Shown here: positions 9,935 to 17,175 of the stretch, piece by piece
Position numbering within the stretch: position 1 is the first letter of the stretch
Layout: every line of letters starts with the position of its first letter
DNA from: Candidatus Brocadia sp.
GTDB taxonomy: Bacteria > Planctomycetota > Brocadiia > Brocadiales > Brocadiaceae
Reading direction: 5' to 3'
Length of the DNA: 32,000 bases
NCBI GenBank assembly: GCA_021650915.1
Contig: CP091279.1
Span: 2,460,001 to 2,492,000 of the forward strand
The notes under the pieces: generated by a model
Database searches by the model: none
Told to the model about the DNA's origin: nothing
The model's input: only the letters and a program-made list of their open reading frames with translations
Translations under genes and position numbers: made by a program

Positions 9935-10049
9935 TACAACCTCTCCTTTCTTTCTTAACCTATACCTTATAAACTACATTTATTACCTAACAGCCTCCTT
10001 AAAAACCTTAGGTAACCGTAGACACAACTAAATTTCTTTACCTGCCAAA

Positions 10050-10063
10050 ACCACCCCCCTTCC
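10050..10063 (-). promoter_or_regulatory. Extended SD-like G-rich leader motif, copy 2 of 3
   Basis: The coding strand reads AATGGGAAGGGGGGTGGTTTTGG, 116 nt upstream of the HOX-like ATG. It is followed by GTAAAG...TTGTGTC, as in the HDH-like leader. Confidence 0.4.
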
Positions 10064-10235
10064 CATTTCTTTTTTTCTTGTAATATCTGTTGAAATCCGT
10101 AAATAGTACAACAACAGTACAAAGCTCTTCCATTATACTTTTAGAATCGTTCTTGTCAAGCACATTTTGTGCATCTTTTTACGAAGAAAACATCCCATAT
10201 TTTGCAAGTTTAGTCATTGTTACGGCGCCAAACAC

Positions 10236-10283
10236 GAAGAGCTGGGCAGTGGGGAATAACCCCCACAGAAGACCCAGCTCTTC
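10236..10283 (-). terminator. Compound hairpin downstream of hzsA
   Basis: Outer 11-bp inverted repeat GAAGAGCTGGG (10236-10246) / CCCAGCTCTTC (10273-10283). An inner GTGGGG/CCCCAC pair lies within it. It begins 65 nt after the hzsA stop at 10348. The T-tract after it on the minus strand is weak (GTGTTTGG). Confidence 0.5.
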
Positions 10284-10347
10284 ATGACGTTAATATCCGT
10301 GAGTCCTGGCTTTCACAACCGACAAGCTCAGCGACCTCTCTCAGGCA

Positions 10348-12780
10348 TTATCTTGAATGATACCCCGGATAGAGATCAGGACCCTGGATGTTGTCCCACT
10401 GTGCCCCTATATCAATCCACTCAACAAACAAATACCTCTCATCCTGCGTGAGGAACTTGTCATGCATTACTCTTCCCTCTATCGGGAATACATTCTCCCT
10501 CGGTGCAAACTGACTCAACGCCGTCTCATACAGCCTCCAAATTAACAAACTGTTGATGGCCGACGACGGATTGACATACTTACCACCAAGGTTGGCGTCC
10601 TTGCCCCTCTGCGGCTCAAGCAAGCTGGTGTACGCACGGCTGAATGCCGACACGCCATCCACACTCACTAACTCCGATCCACCCGACAAATCCGGTGAAC
10701 TGCCCGCATTGTGACAACCTGCACACTTCACATCAATGATCGGCTGAATGTCCCTGCGGAAATCCACCGTTCTCCTCTTATCATCCGTTAACCCTTCCAC
10801 CGGCTGAGATGTCGTTCCTGACGGGCCTCCATAATACACATCCGAAGGCACCACCACATCGTCCCCGTGCTTTACTCCCTGATAGATTCCACTCTTGTCA
10901 AATTTCAGGTACCCAAACGCAAAGGGTGAATCATAATGGCTCCGGTCATCATACCACCAGTTGTACAACGCCTTCGCATGCTGGTTCTGGAACGCCCTGC
11001 CACGGTACGATCCGTCATGACAACCACTGCATATCCTGCCATGATACGGCCTCAAATACGCCCATACCAACGCCGTCTGCACCGCCATTCCCCTCTCATC
11101 CAGGTTCTGGATATAGTACGGGGTGTCAGCCGTCTGAGACGTTACCACTGAACCATCATCCTCTACATACTGATACCCGATGATCCGCCTCTGCTGGAAC
11201 GCTGTGCCTGAGTTGCTGCTTGAACGACATCCACCCAACAGGTGACTGCCCGCACCAACCTTGAACCTGCTTGCATCCGGCTCAACACACTGCGTACCTT
11301 CCACTATCCTCACCGCCTTCACATCGCCCCGCTTTGTATCCTTCGCCTTCTGATGCGGATAAGGACCTACCGGGATATCGGTCAACGTCGTGTCAAAACA
11401 AATCCACGTTGCCCATGAATGCGGATACCCTTCCACTTTCACCTGATCAAACGGCTGATACGTCACCGTCGTTACCCCAAAGTTCTTTCCGGCCGTAAAG
11501 GTGTTGATCCACCTCGGACGGTACTTAACGTATATCGGGGCCGGCTGATGATCGTTCCACTCAGGATCATTGTGCACCAATTCCCCAGCCTTGCCATTCT
11601 TGAAATCAAACCAATAGATGCCGAAATCTCCACGCTCTGCATATGACACCAACATCCTGTCGTCAGGAAGCGGATACGGACTCCGGTACAATCCACCATC
11701 ATCCTTCGTCAACCTCTCATAGGTCTTGTTATACGGGGCATCCCAGCTTACCGATGCCAACTGACCTACTCCCCAGTTCATATACGGCGACTCTACATAC
11801 ACCAATCTCCTGTCCCCGAACGTGATCTTGGCCTGTGACCTGCCACTTGCACCGCCAACCTCACCCTCGCAGTTCCCATAGATCGGCCTCGGATACGCAC
11901 CGTCCCAGTTGTCTACACACAGCATTACCCGACCCTTGCCCCCTGCCCTGCTGCCATTGGCCTGGGTGCTGGAGAACAGGATGTTTCCATCCGGCGTCGT
12001 CGTCGGATCAAAGTTCGAACTGATGTTGTAGGTGATCTGGTCTATCGTCGTATTGATGCTCGGGAACTCTATACCCGACAACACGTGACCGGTAATTCTC
12101 TCCGTCACATGCCCGCCCTGCGTATCCAACCGGAACAGGTTATACGCATACGGATTGTGGAACTCATCCATGACGCCGTCCGGAGAACCTGCAAAGATGA
12201 TGAACCCGGTCTTCTCTACCGTGCCCCTCTCCTTCCAGTCTCCTTCAAAGTACCGGTCACGCCATATGATGCGTCCCTGACCTTCTTCGATACTGCCTGC
12301 TGCATAATAGATCGGCGCACGGCAGGTGCCCTTGTAATCCGTCATCTGCCTCAAACCGCTGCCGTCTACGTTCATCTCCCATATCTGGCATCCGCCGCCC
12401 TTCTTGTGCACCCCGGCAAATGCAAATTTCTTCCCGTCCCAATACGTTGAAGGATCAAAGGCCGTTGCAAAATCATTCGTCAATACCTTCAATTCCTTCG
12501 TCTTTAAATTGTACAGCACAATCCGGCTGCCCTCTGGCACATAGTGCGGATAGTTCTGATACGGATCTCCCTTTGTCGTCCTCGGTGACTGCGTAAATAA
12601 TAACGCATCGACCGGACCCTGCACTTCCTTCGACATCCCGCTATAATCAGTCCATAAGGCCTTTCCCTGCTTCGAACCGCCTACCATCACCTGGTTGCCC
12701 GATGCAAAGACGCTCCCACAGACCAACGCACCTGCCATGATCGCAGACGCCACCACTCCTCCTATTTTCCTCTTACTCAT
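10348..12780 (-). CDS. hzsA: Hydrazine synthase alpha subunit
   Basis: 810 aa from the ATG at 12780 (SD GAAAGGAGAAGG). The track start at 12819 adds 13 aa with no SD. It has a signal peptide (GGVVASAIMAGALVCGSVFA) and a long propeller-like N-terminal part. Two haem c sites are present: CSGCHDGSY (11005-11031, Tyr four residues after the His, as I recall for the haem alpha-I site of the K. stuttgartiensis structure) and CAGCH. Size and context next to hzsB/hzsC agree. Confidence 0.92.
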   Translation of the reverse strand: MSKRKIGGVVASAIMAGALVCGSVFASGNQVMVGGSKQGKALWTDYSGMSKEVQGPVDALLFTQSPRTTKGDPYQNYPHYVPEGSRIVLYNLKTKELKVLTNDFATAFDPSTYWDGKKFAFAGVHKKGGGCQIWEMNVDGSGLRQMTDYKGTCRAPIYYAAGSIEEGQGRIIWRDRYFEGDWKERGTVEKTGFIIFAGSPDGVMDEFHNPYAYNLFRLDTQGGHVTERITGHVLSGIEFPSINTTIDQITYNISSNFDPTTTPDGNILFSSTQANGSRAGGKGRVMLCVDNWDGAYPRPIYGNCEGEVGGASGRSQAKITFGDRRLVYVESPYMNWGVGQLASVSWDAPYNKTYERLTKDDGGLYRSPYPLPDDRMLVSYAERGDFGIYWFDFKNGKAGELVHNDPEWNDHQPAPIYVKYRPRWINTFTAGKNFGVTTVTYQPFDQVKVEGYPHSWATWICFDTTLTDIPVGPYPHQKAKDTKRGDVKAVRIVEGTQCVEPDASRFKVGAGSHLLGGCRSSSNSGTAFQQRRIIGYQYVEDDGSVVTSQTADTPYYIQNLDERGMAVQTALVWAYLRPYHGRICSGCHDGSYRGRAFQNQHAKALYNWWYDDRSHYDSPFAFGYLKFDKSGIYQGVKHGDDVVVPSDVYYGGPSGTTSQPVEGLTDDKRRTVDFRRDIQPIIDVKCAGCHNAGSSPDLSGGSELVSVDGVSAFSRAYTSLLEPQRGKDANLGGKYVNPSSAINSLLIWRLYETALSQFAPRENVFPIEGRVMHDKFLTQDERYLFVEWIDIGAQWDNIQGPDLYPGYHSR

Positions 12781-12875
12781 CTGTTGGCCTTCTCCTTTCA
12801 CTATTTTTGGAATTCTCAAATATTTCTCTCATTCTCCAAAGGGCAAACACCTGGTTCACCCCTCCACAAAACCTC

Positions 12876-13900
12876 TTACAGCGCCTTCAGGAATTCAACC
12901 AGGTCCTGCATCTCCTGCTGAGTCAAATGCGACGTCCTTCCATGCATGTCCTTCTCATTCACCGTGTTGTTGATCGTGTCTATCAACGTCCGGGCTCCCC
13001 CGTCATGGAAATACGTACCCGATGCATAAATATCCCTCAACGTCGGCGTGTCAAACTCCTTCACCAGGTCCAGCCCGATGATCGGCGTGTCACTCTCCTC
13101 GCCATAGGGATCTTCCCCTGCCTCTAATGCCTTCAGGTTAAAGACCTTTCCCGGCGTTGAACGGAAACCCTTTACCCCAACACGGCCCGTCCCCACGTCA
13201 TGGGTCTGCGCATCGCTAAAAAGCGCCTTCGGATCACTTGCATCACCCGGATGGCACTCCACACATCCCACATTCGGATCGTTGAATATCTTCTCGCCCT
13301 CTTCTGCGCATCCGTCAGCGAACCATCCGGATTCCTGAACGGACTTCCCGTGAATTCCAGCGCACGGATGTAGCAGATCAACGCCTCCAACCTCAATGGC
13401 GAAAAGTTCTCACTCCTGAACACAAACCCAGGGTCTCTTCCGCACACCCTGTCCAGCGAACTCGTTGCTCCCACGATCTCATCCGGATGTCCCGTGAATC
13501 CCTCATGACGGAACGGCGGCAAATACCTTCCCCCACGGATGTACTTCGTGTTCTTCCAGCTTCCCCATCCCTCATCACCAAGGTCCCAGATCAATCCCGT
13601 CGTCTGGCCCCTCTCGTAATGACAGCTCGCGCATGCATACTCACCCTGAAGACCCCAAGATGCATCGTTAAACTGGAACTGCCCGTACCGCACCAGCTCG
13701 CTCTTGTACGGTGAGTGCTTTACCCGATAATGCACCTCCGGCACCGTAAGCGGTTCTGCCCGCGGAAGCGGCTCCCACTCCGGCCCCGTCTGGATCGTCG
13801 CCACTACCTGCGGCGTACCGGCCATCAACTGGCCAGTCGTCGCTACCCCCATGATCCCCAGAGCGGCTATCAAACCGATCTTTTTTATTCCACTTTTCAT
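12876..13900 (-). pseudogene. hzsC: Hydrazine synthase gamma subunit (dihaem, CCP/MauG-like), frameshifted as assembled
   Basis: The start ATG at 13900 has SD TAAGGAGGAG and a signal peptide (MKSGIKKIGLIAALGIMGVATTGQLMAG). The first haem site CASCH lies in the frame of ORF 13172-14089. The second site CVECH lies in ORF 12876-13271, one frame over. The frames join at coding-strand CAGAAGAGGGCGAGAAG (plus-strand ccc at 13297-13299). Adding one G restores ...DAQKRGEKIFNDPNVGCVECHPG.... The span is 1025 nt, one short of a multiple of 3. Confidence 0.85.
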
Positions 13901-14004
13901 AACTCTTTTCTCCTCCTTAATGAATTGCCCTATTTCTGAATTCTTACCGCTTATCACTCTCTTACTACTTTTCTCTCTGTAATCAGCACGACTATGCGCC
14001 ACAA

Positions 14005-15135
14005 TTAATCCACCGGCGTCCTTATCACGGACACGTTGTTGGAAAAATAGTTCGCTGCATAGCAATACTTCCCATCCGGTGATAAACACACTGAGCTTGG
14101 CCCAAGTCCCGTCGGCACCCTGGCCACCAGATAATCCCTTACAAATCCAAGATCATCCCTCAGGTAATCCAGCTCCGCCTGTGAATTCCCGCGCACGGCG
14201 TTCAACACCTTCGCCATATCCAGGATCGTTACCCGGTGCATGCCTCTTACCCCAATATACAGATACCGGCCCTTCGGATCCATCGCCAACCCGTACGGAT
14301 TTCCATCGTAGTTGTTCAACTCATCCAGCGGCAACCGCGCTACCTTACCACCCGGCTTCGTCTCCAGCACCGCGATGTTGTTCGTAAAGACCTGCCCGTT
14401 CTCTGCCTCGCACACCGGCAACCAGTTCTTCGGCGTCTCATACGTCACCACCACATACTGCCCATCAGGCGTATATACCACATCCCTCAGGTTGGAACTC
14501 TCACGGATTACCCGCTTCTCAAGCACACGGCTCGTGTCCACATCAATAAAATTCACGCTCCGGCTAATCGAACCTACCGTGTCATTAATCACCGCAAGCG
14601 TCTTGCCGTCCGGCGATATGTCCAAGGTCCTTGGACCGTAATCACTCGTGTAGATCGCCCTCGTCTTCTCCATCCTCCCCGTGTCTATCACATCAACCGT
14701 GTTCCACATATTTCCCGAACATGCAACGTATGCCGTCTTCCCGTCTCTGGAAATCTTTATCCCGCTTGGCCAGTCCCCCACCTTGATCTCCTTGACGACC
14801 TGCTTGCGCGCCACGTCAATCACCGACACGCTGTCGCTCTCGGCATTGCATACATACAAAAACGCATTGTCCGGCGTTGTCGCCGCCGCCTCAGGCTGCA
14901 CTCCTACCGCAACCTCACCCGTCACCTTCTGCGTCCGGGCATCCACAAACGTCACGCTATGCCCCGACTGATTGCAGATATACAACGTCCCTCCATCCGG
15001 CGACGTCGTGATATGAAACGGCCCCGGCAGATCCGTCTTCACGTGTGTCCCCTGGATAAACCCAGCGCTCGACACACCCACCACCGACAGCACCGCTCCC
15101 ACTACCGCTGCTCCTATCCATCCTCTTCCTTTCAT
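14005..15135 (-). CDS. hzsB: Hydrazine synthase beta subunit (beta-propeller)
   Basis: 376 aa from the ATG at 15135 (SD GGAGGGAAGGAAG). The track start at 15225 adds a basic 30-aa extension that overlaps the leader. It has a signal peptide (GWIGAAVVGAVLSVVGVSSA). Repeated propeller blades are visible: SPDGGTLYICN, TPDNAFLYVCN, SRDGKTAYVAC, SPDGKTLAVIN, TPDGQYVVVTY, DPKGRYLYIGV, SPDGKYCYAAN. Confidence 0.9.
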   Translation of the reverse strand: MKGRGWIGAAVVGAVLSVVGVSSAGFIQGTHVKTDLPGPFHITTSPDGGTLYICNQSGHSVTFVDARTQKVTGEVAVGVQPEAAATTPDNAFLYVCNAESDSVSVIDVARKQVVKEIKVGDWPSGIKISRDGKTAYVACSGNMWNTVDVIDTGRMEKTRAIYTSDYGPRTLDISPDGKTLAVINDTVGSISRSVNFIDVDTSRVLEKRVIRESSNLRDVVYTPDGQYVVVTYETPKNWLPVCEAENGQVFTNNIAVLETKPGGKVARLPLDELNNYDGNPYGLAMDPKGRYLYIGVRGMHRVTILDMAKVLNAVRGNSQAELDYLRDDLGFVRDYLVARVPTGLGPSSVCLSPDGKYCYAANYFSNNVSVIRTPVD

Positions 15136-15251
15136 CGCTCTTCCTTCCCTCCTATATCTTCGATTTTTAGGAATATAAATCTGAAACTTTCTTAATACGC
15201 CATCCACATAACTTCTGAATCGCAAAACCTACCGCTTAAAAAATTTTCCCT

Positions 15252-15264
15252 ACCACCCCCTTTC
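15252..15264 (-). promoter_or_regulatory. Extended SD-like G-rich leader motif, copy 3 of 3
   Basis: The coding strand reads TTATGAAAGGGGGTGGTAGGG, 117 nt upstream of the hzsB ATG at 15135. GGATTATAAG lies about 30 nt further upstream, similar to GAGATTATACG (HDH-like leader) and CAGATATTACAAG (HOX-like leader). Confidence 0.4.
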
Positions 15265-15374
15265 ATAATTTGTTGGCTGGTCTTTGCGTCTTATAATCCA
15301 AATGCTAAAATTCTATTAAGACAAAAAACCAAACCGGAAGATACGTGAAAAAATTTATTGCGTGTATAGCATAG

Positions 15375-15390
15375 AGCAACAACCGTGCCG
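15375..15390 (-). promoter_or_regulatory. Candidate sigma-54 (-24/-12) promoter facing hzsB
   Basis: The minus strand reads CGGCACGGTTGTTGCT, against the consensus TGGCACG-N4-TTGCW. It matches at 15 of 16 positions, with the GG-N10-GC spacing exact. It lies about 240 nt upstream of the hzsB ATG and 373 nt downstream of the stop of a sigma-54-dependent activator gene. Confidence 0.6.
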
Positions 15391-15462
15391 TATTTTTTTC
15401 AACATCATGAGCAAACCGTAACTCTTTGTAAATAAACCTATTATAAAAATTATTGTGCAAAC

Positions 15463-15482
15463 AGTCTTTTAGGCAAAAGACT
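15463..15482. promoter_or_regulatory. Perfect palindrome, possible enhancer-binding-protein site (UAS)
   Basis: AGTCTTTT-AGGC-AAAAGACT is centred about 82 nt upstream of the -24 element. That is the usual distance range for bEBP binding sites. There is no independent support. Confidence 0.3.
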
Positions 15483-15762
15483 ATAATTGGTCACTACACA
15501 TTTCGATCTTTTTGTAGCACGAGTTCTATCTCGTTATAAAAAAAGGGTATAAGGCGTGACTATTTTTGGTCATAAAATTTCATTGTATTGTCACGTTTTG
15601 ATGCGTTTTTTTCAGTAAGAAACATCTCACCTTAGACAAAAAGTGCGGGAAACGAAGAATGTTCCAAACATAGATTCTTTCGATGTGAAATTATTTTTTA
15701 TTGAGCGCCTTGAGTTTATTGCTTTTGTAAGTTTTTCGTGATCAGGCTGCCGTTTCATAGTG

Positions 15763-17151
15763 CTAAGACATTGATTTGTCAAACAATTGCAGCCGAACCA
15801 ATCTATTGCGAAGTGTCGTGCGCGGAACGCCTAAAATCTCCGCCATTTTGACTTGATTGCCATTCGTCTTTTGGTGTGCCCATTGAATAAGTTTTTTTTC
15901 CACTTCGGTAAGCGCGTCTTGCAAATTTATCGATTGTTTATTATATAAATCCATTGACAACAAGTCGGTGTTCACATCGTACTTTCTTAAATACTCCGGA
16001 AGAGTTTCCAATGAGATACCCTTGGATTTGGAGAATGCAACAGCGTGTTCAATAACATTTTCAAGCTCTCTTACATTCCCGGGCCAATCGTAGGCCATCA
16101 GGACCTCTTTTGCCTCTGGTGAAACATCCGGCAAGGCGTCTTCGTATTGCGACACAAACTTTCTTAAAAAATAGTTGATCAACAGCGGTATATCTTCCTT
16201 TCGTTCCCGTAATGACGGTATGCTGATTTGAACCACATTCAACCGGTAAAACAAGTCTTCCCGAAAATAACCCTCTTTTACCCGTTCAAGGAGGTCTTTT
16301 TTCGTTGCGCAGATAATTCTTACGTTAACACCAAGGGTTTCTTCTCCACCAACCCTTTCAAAAGTCCTCTCCTGAAGCACACGCAGGAGCTTGACCTGCA
16401 TATCCACAGGGATATCATCTACGTCATCCAGAAAAATTGACCCGCCATCCGCCAACTCAAACCTTCCGCGTCGAGTCTTAATTGCACCCGTAAATGCCCC
16501 CTTCTCGTGCCCGAAGAGCTCGCTCTCTAAAATTTCCCTGTTCAACGCGGCGCAACTTACCCTGATAAATGGCCCCGTTTTTCTGCTGCTGTGGTAATGA
16601 ATAGCGCCGGCTATTTTTTCCTTTCCGGTTCCGCTTTCTCCCCGTATCAGAACGGTTGTGTCCCTTTCAGAAACGCTCTTCACAATTTCAAGCACCTTTT
16701 TCATCGATTCACTCTTTCCGACAATATTGCAAAATTCAAATTCAGCCTGAATTTCACCTCTGAGACGATTTACTTCTGCAGCCGTGTTTTTGTGGTGAAG
16801 CGCCCTTTGCAGTTTGATCATCAACTCGTCTGTAGAGAAAGGCTTTGCAATATAGTCGTATGCACCATCCTTGATCGCAGATACGGCGCTTTCAAGGGTG
16901 CCATACGCCGTCATGATAACAACAATAATCTCCTGGTTGTATTTCTTTATTTCCTTGAGAAGCTCCATTCCATTCATGCCTGACAGTCTTAAGTCCGTGA
17001 CCACCACGTCGTAGTCTTCAGACTTCACCATTTTTAGCCCCTCGGTTGCATTATCCACCGATTTCACCTGATACCCATCCTTCCTTAACTGGCTCTCCAA
17101 GGATATCCTCATAAGTTTTTCATCGTCTACGATCAACACTTTACTACCCAT
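15763..17151 (-). CDS. Sigma-54-dependent two-component response regulator (NtrC/AtoC family)
   Basis: 462 aa. The REC domain has MGSKVLIVDDE and DVVVTDLRLSGMNG. The AAA+ domain has Walker A GESGTGKE, the sigma-54 contact loop GAFTGA, and FLDDVDD. A C-terminal Fis-type HTH is present (MAEILGVPRTTLRNRL). Confidence 0.9.
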   Translation of the reverse strand: MGSKVLIVDDEKLMRISLESQLRKDGYQVKSVDNATEGLKMVKSEDYDVVVTDLRLSGMNGMELLKEIKKYNQEIIVVIMTAYGTLESAVSAIKDGAYDYIAKPFSTDELMIKLQRALHHKNTAAEVNRLRGEIQAEFEFCNIVGKSESMKKVLEIVKSVSERDTTVLIRGESGTGKEKIAGAIHYHSSRKTGPFIRVSCAALNREILESELFGHEKGAFTGAIKTRRGRFELADGGSIFLDDVDDIPVDMQVKLLRVLQERTFERVGGEETLGVNVRIICATKKDLLERVKEGYFREDLFYRLNVVQISIPSLRERKEDIPLLINYFLRKFVSQYEDALPDVSPEAKEVLMAYDWPGNVRELENVIEHAVAFSKSKGISLETLPEYLRKYDVNTDLLSMDLYNKQSINLQDALTEVEKKLIQWAHQKTNGNQVKMAEILGVPRTTLRNRLVRLQLFDKSMS

Positions 17152-17175
17152 ACGATCACTCCTTGATATTTTGCA

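Noticed and set aside
10809-12450. Several 60-124-aa plus-strand ORFs inside hzsA (for example 10809-11183 and 12085-12450)
   Set aside because: They are antisense to a well-supported gene. Their Pro/Ser/Thr/His-rich composition is typical of the reverse frames of GC-rich genes.
13260-13310. Programmed -1 ribosomal frameshift as the explanation for the split hzsC
   Set aside because: The junction (G AAG AGG GCG) is not an X XXY YYZ slippery heptamer, and I see no obvious downstream stimulatory structure. A single-base homopolymer indel explains it more simply.
14236-15195. 319-aa plus-strand ORF, plus others at 14079-14387, 14312-14641 and 14681-14971
   Set aside because: They are antisense to hzsB, Arg/His/Pro-rich and low in complexity, and have no SD. 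They are a by-product of GC-rich codon usage on the opposite strand.
15136-15225. N-terminal 30-aa extension of hzsB (MRFRSYVDGVLRKFQIYIPKNRRYRREGRA)
   Set aside because: There is no SD before 15225, whereas a strong SD precedes the ATG at 15135, which starts a typical signal peptide. The extension is just the translated leader.
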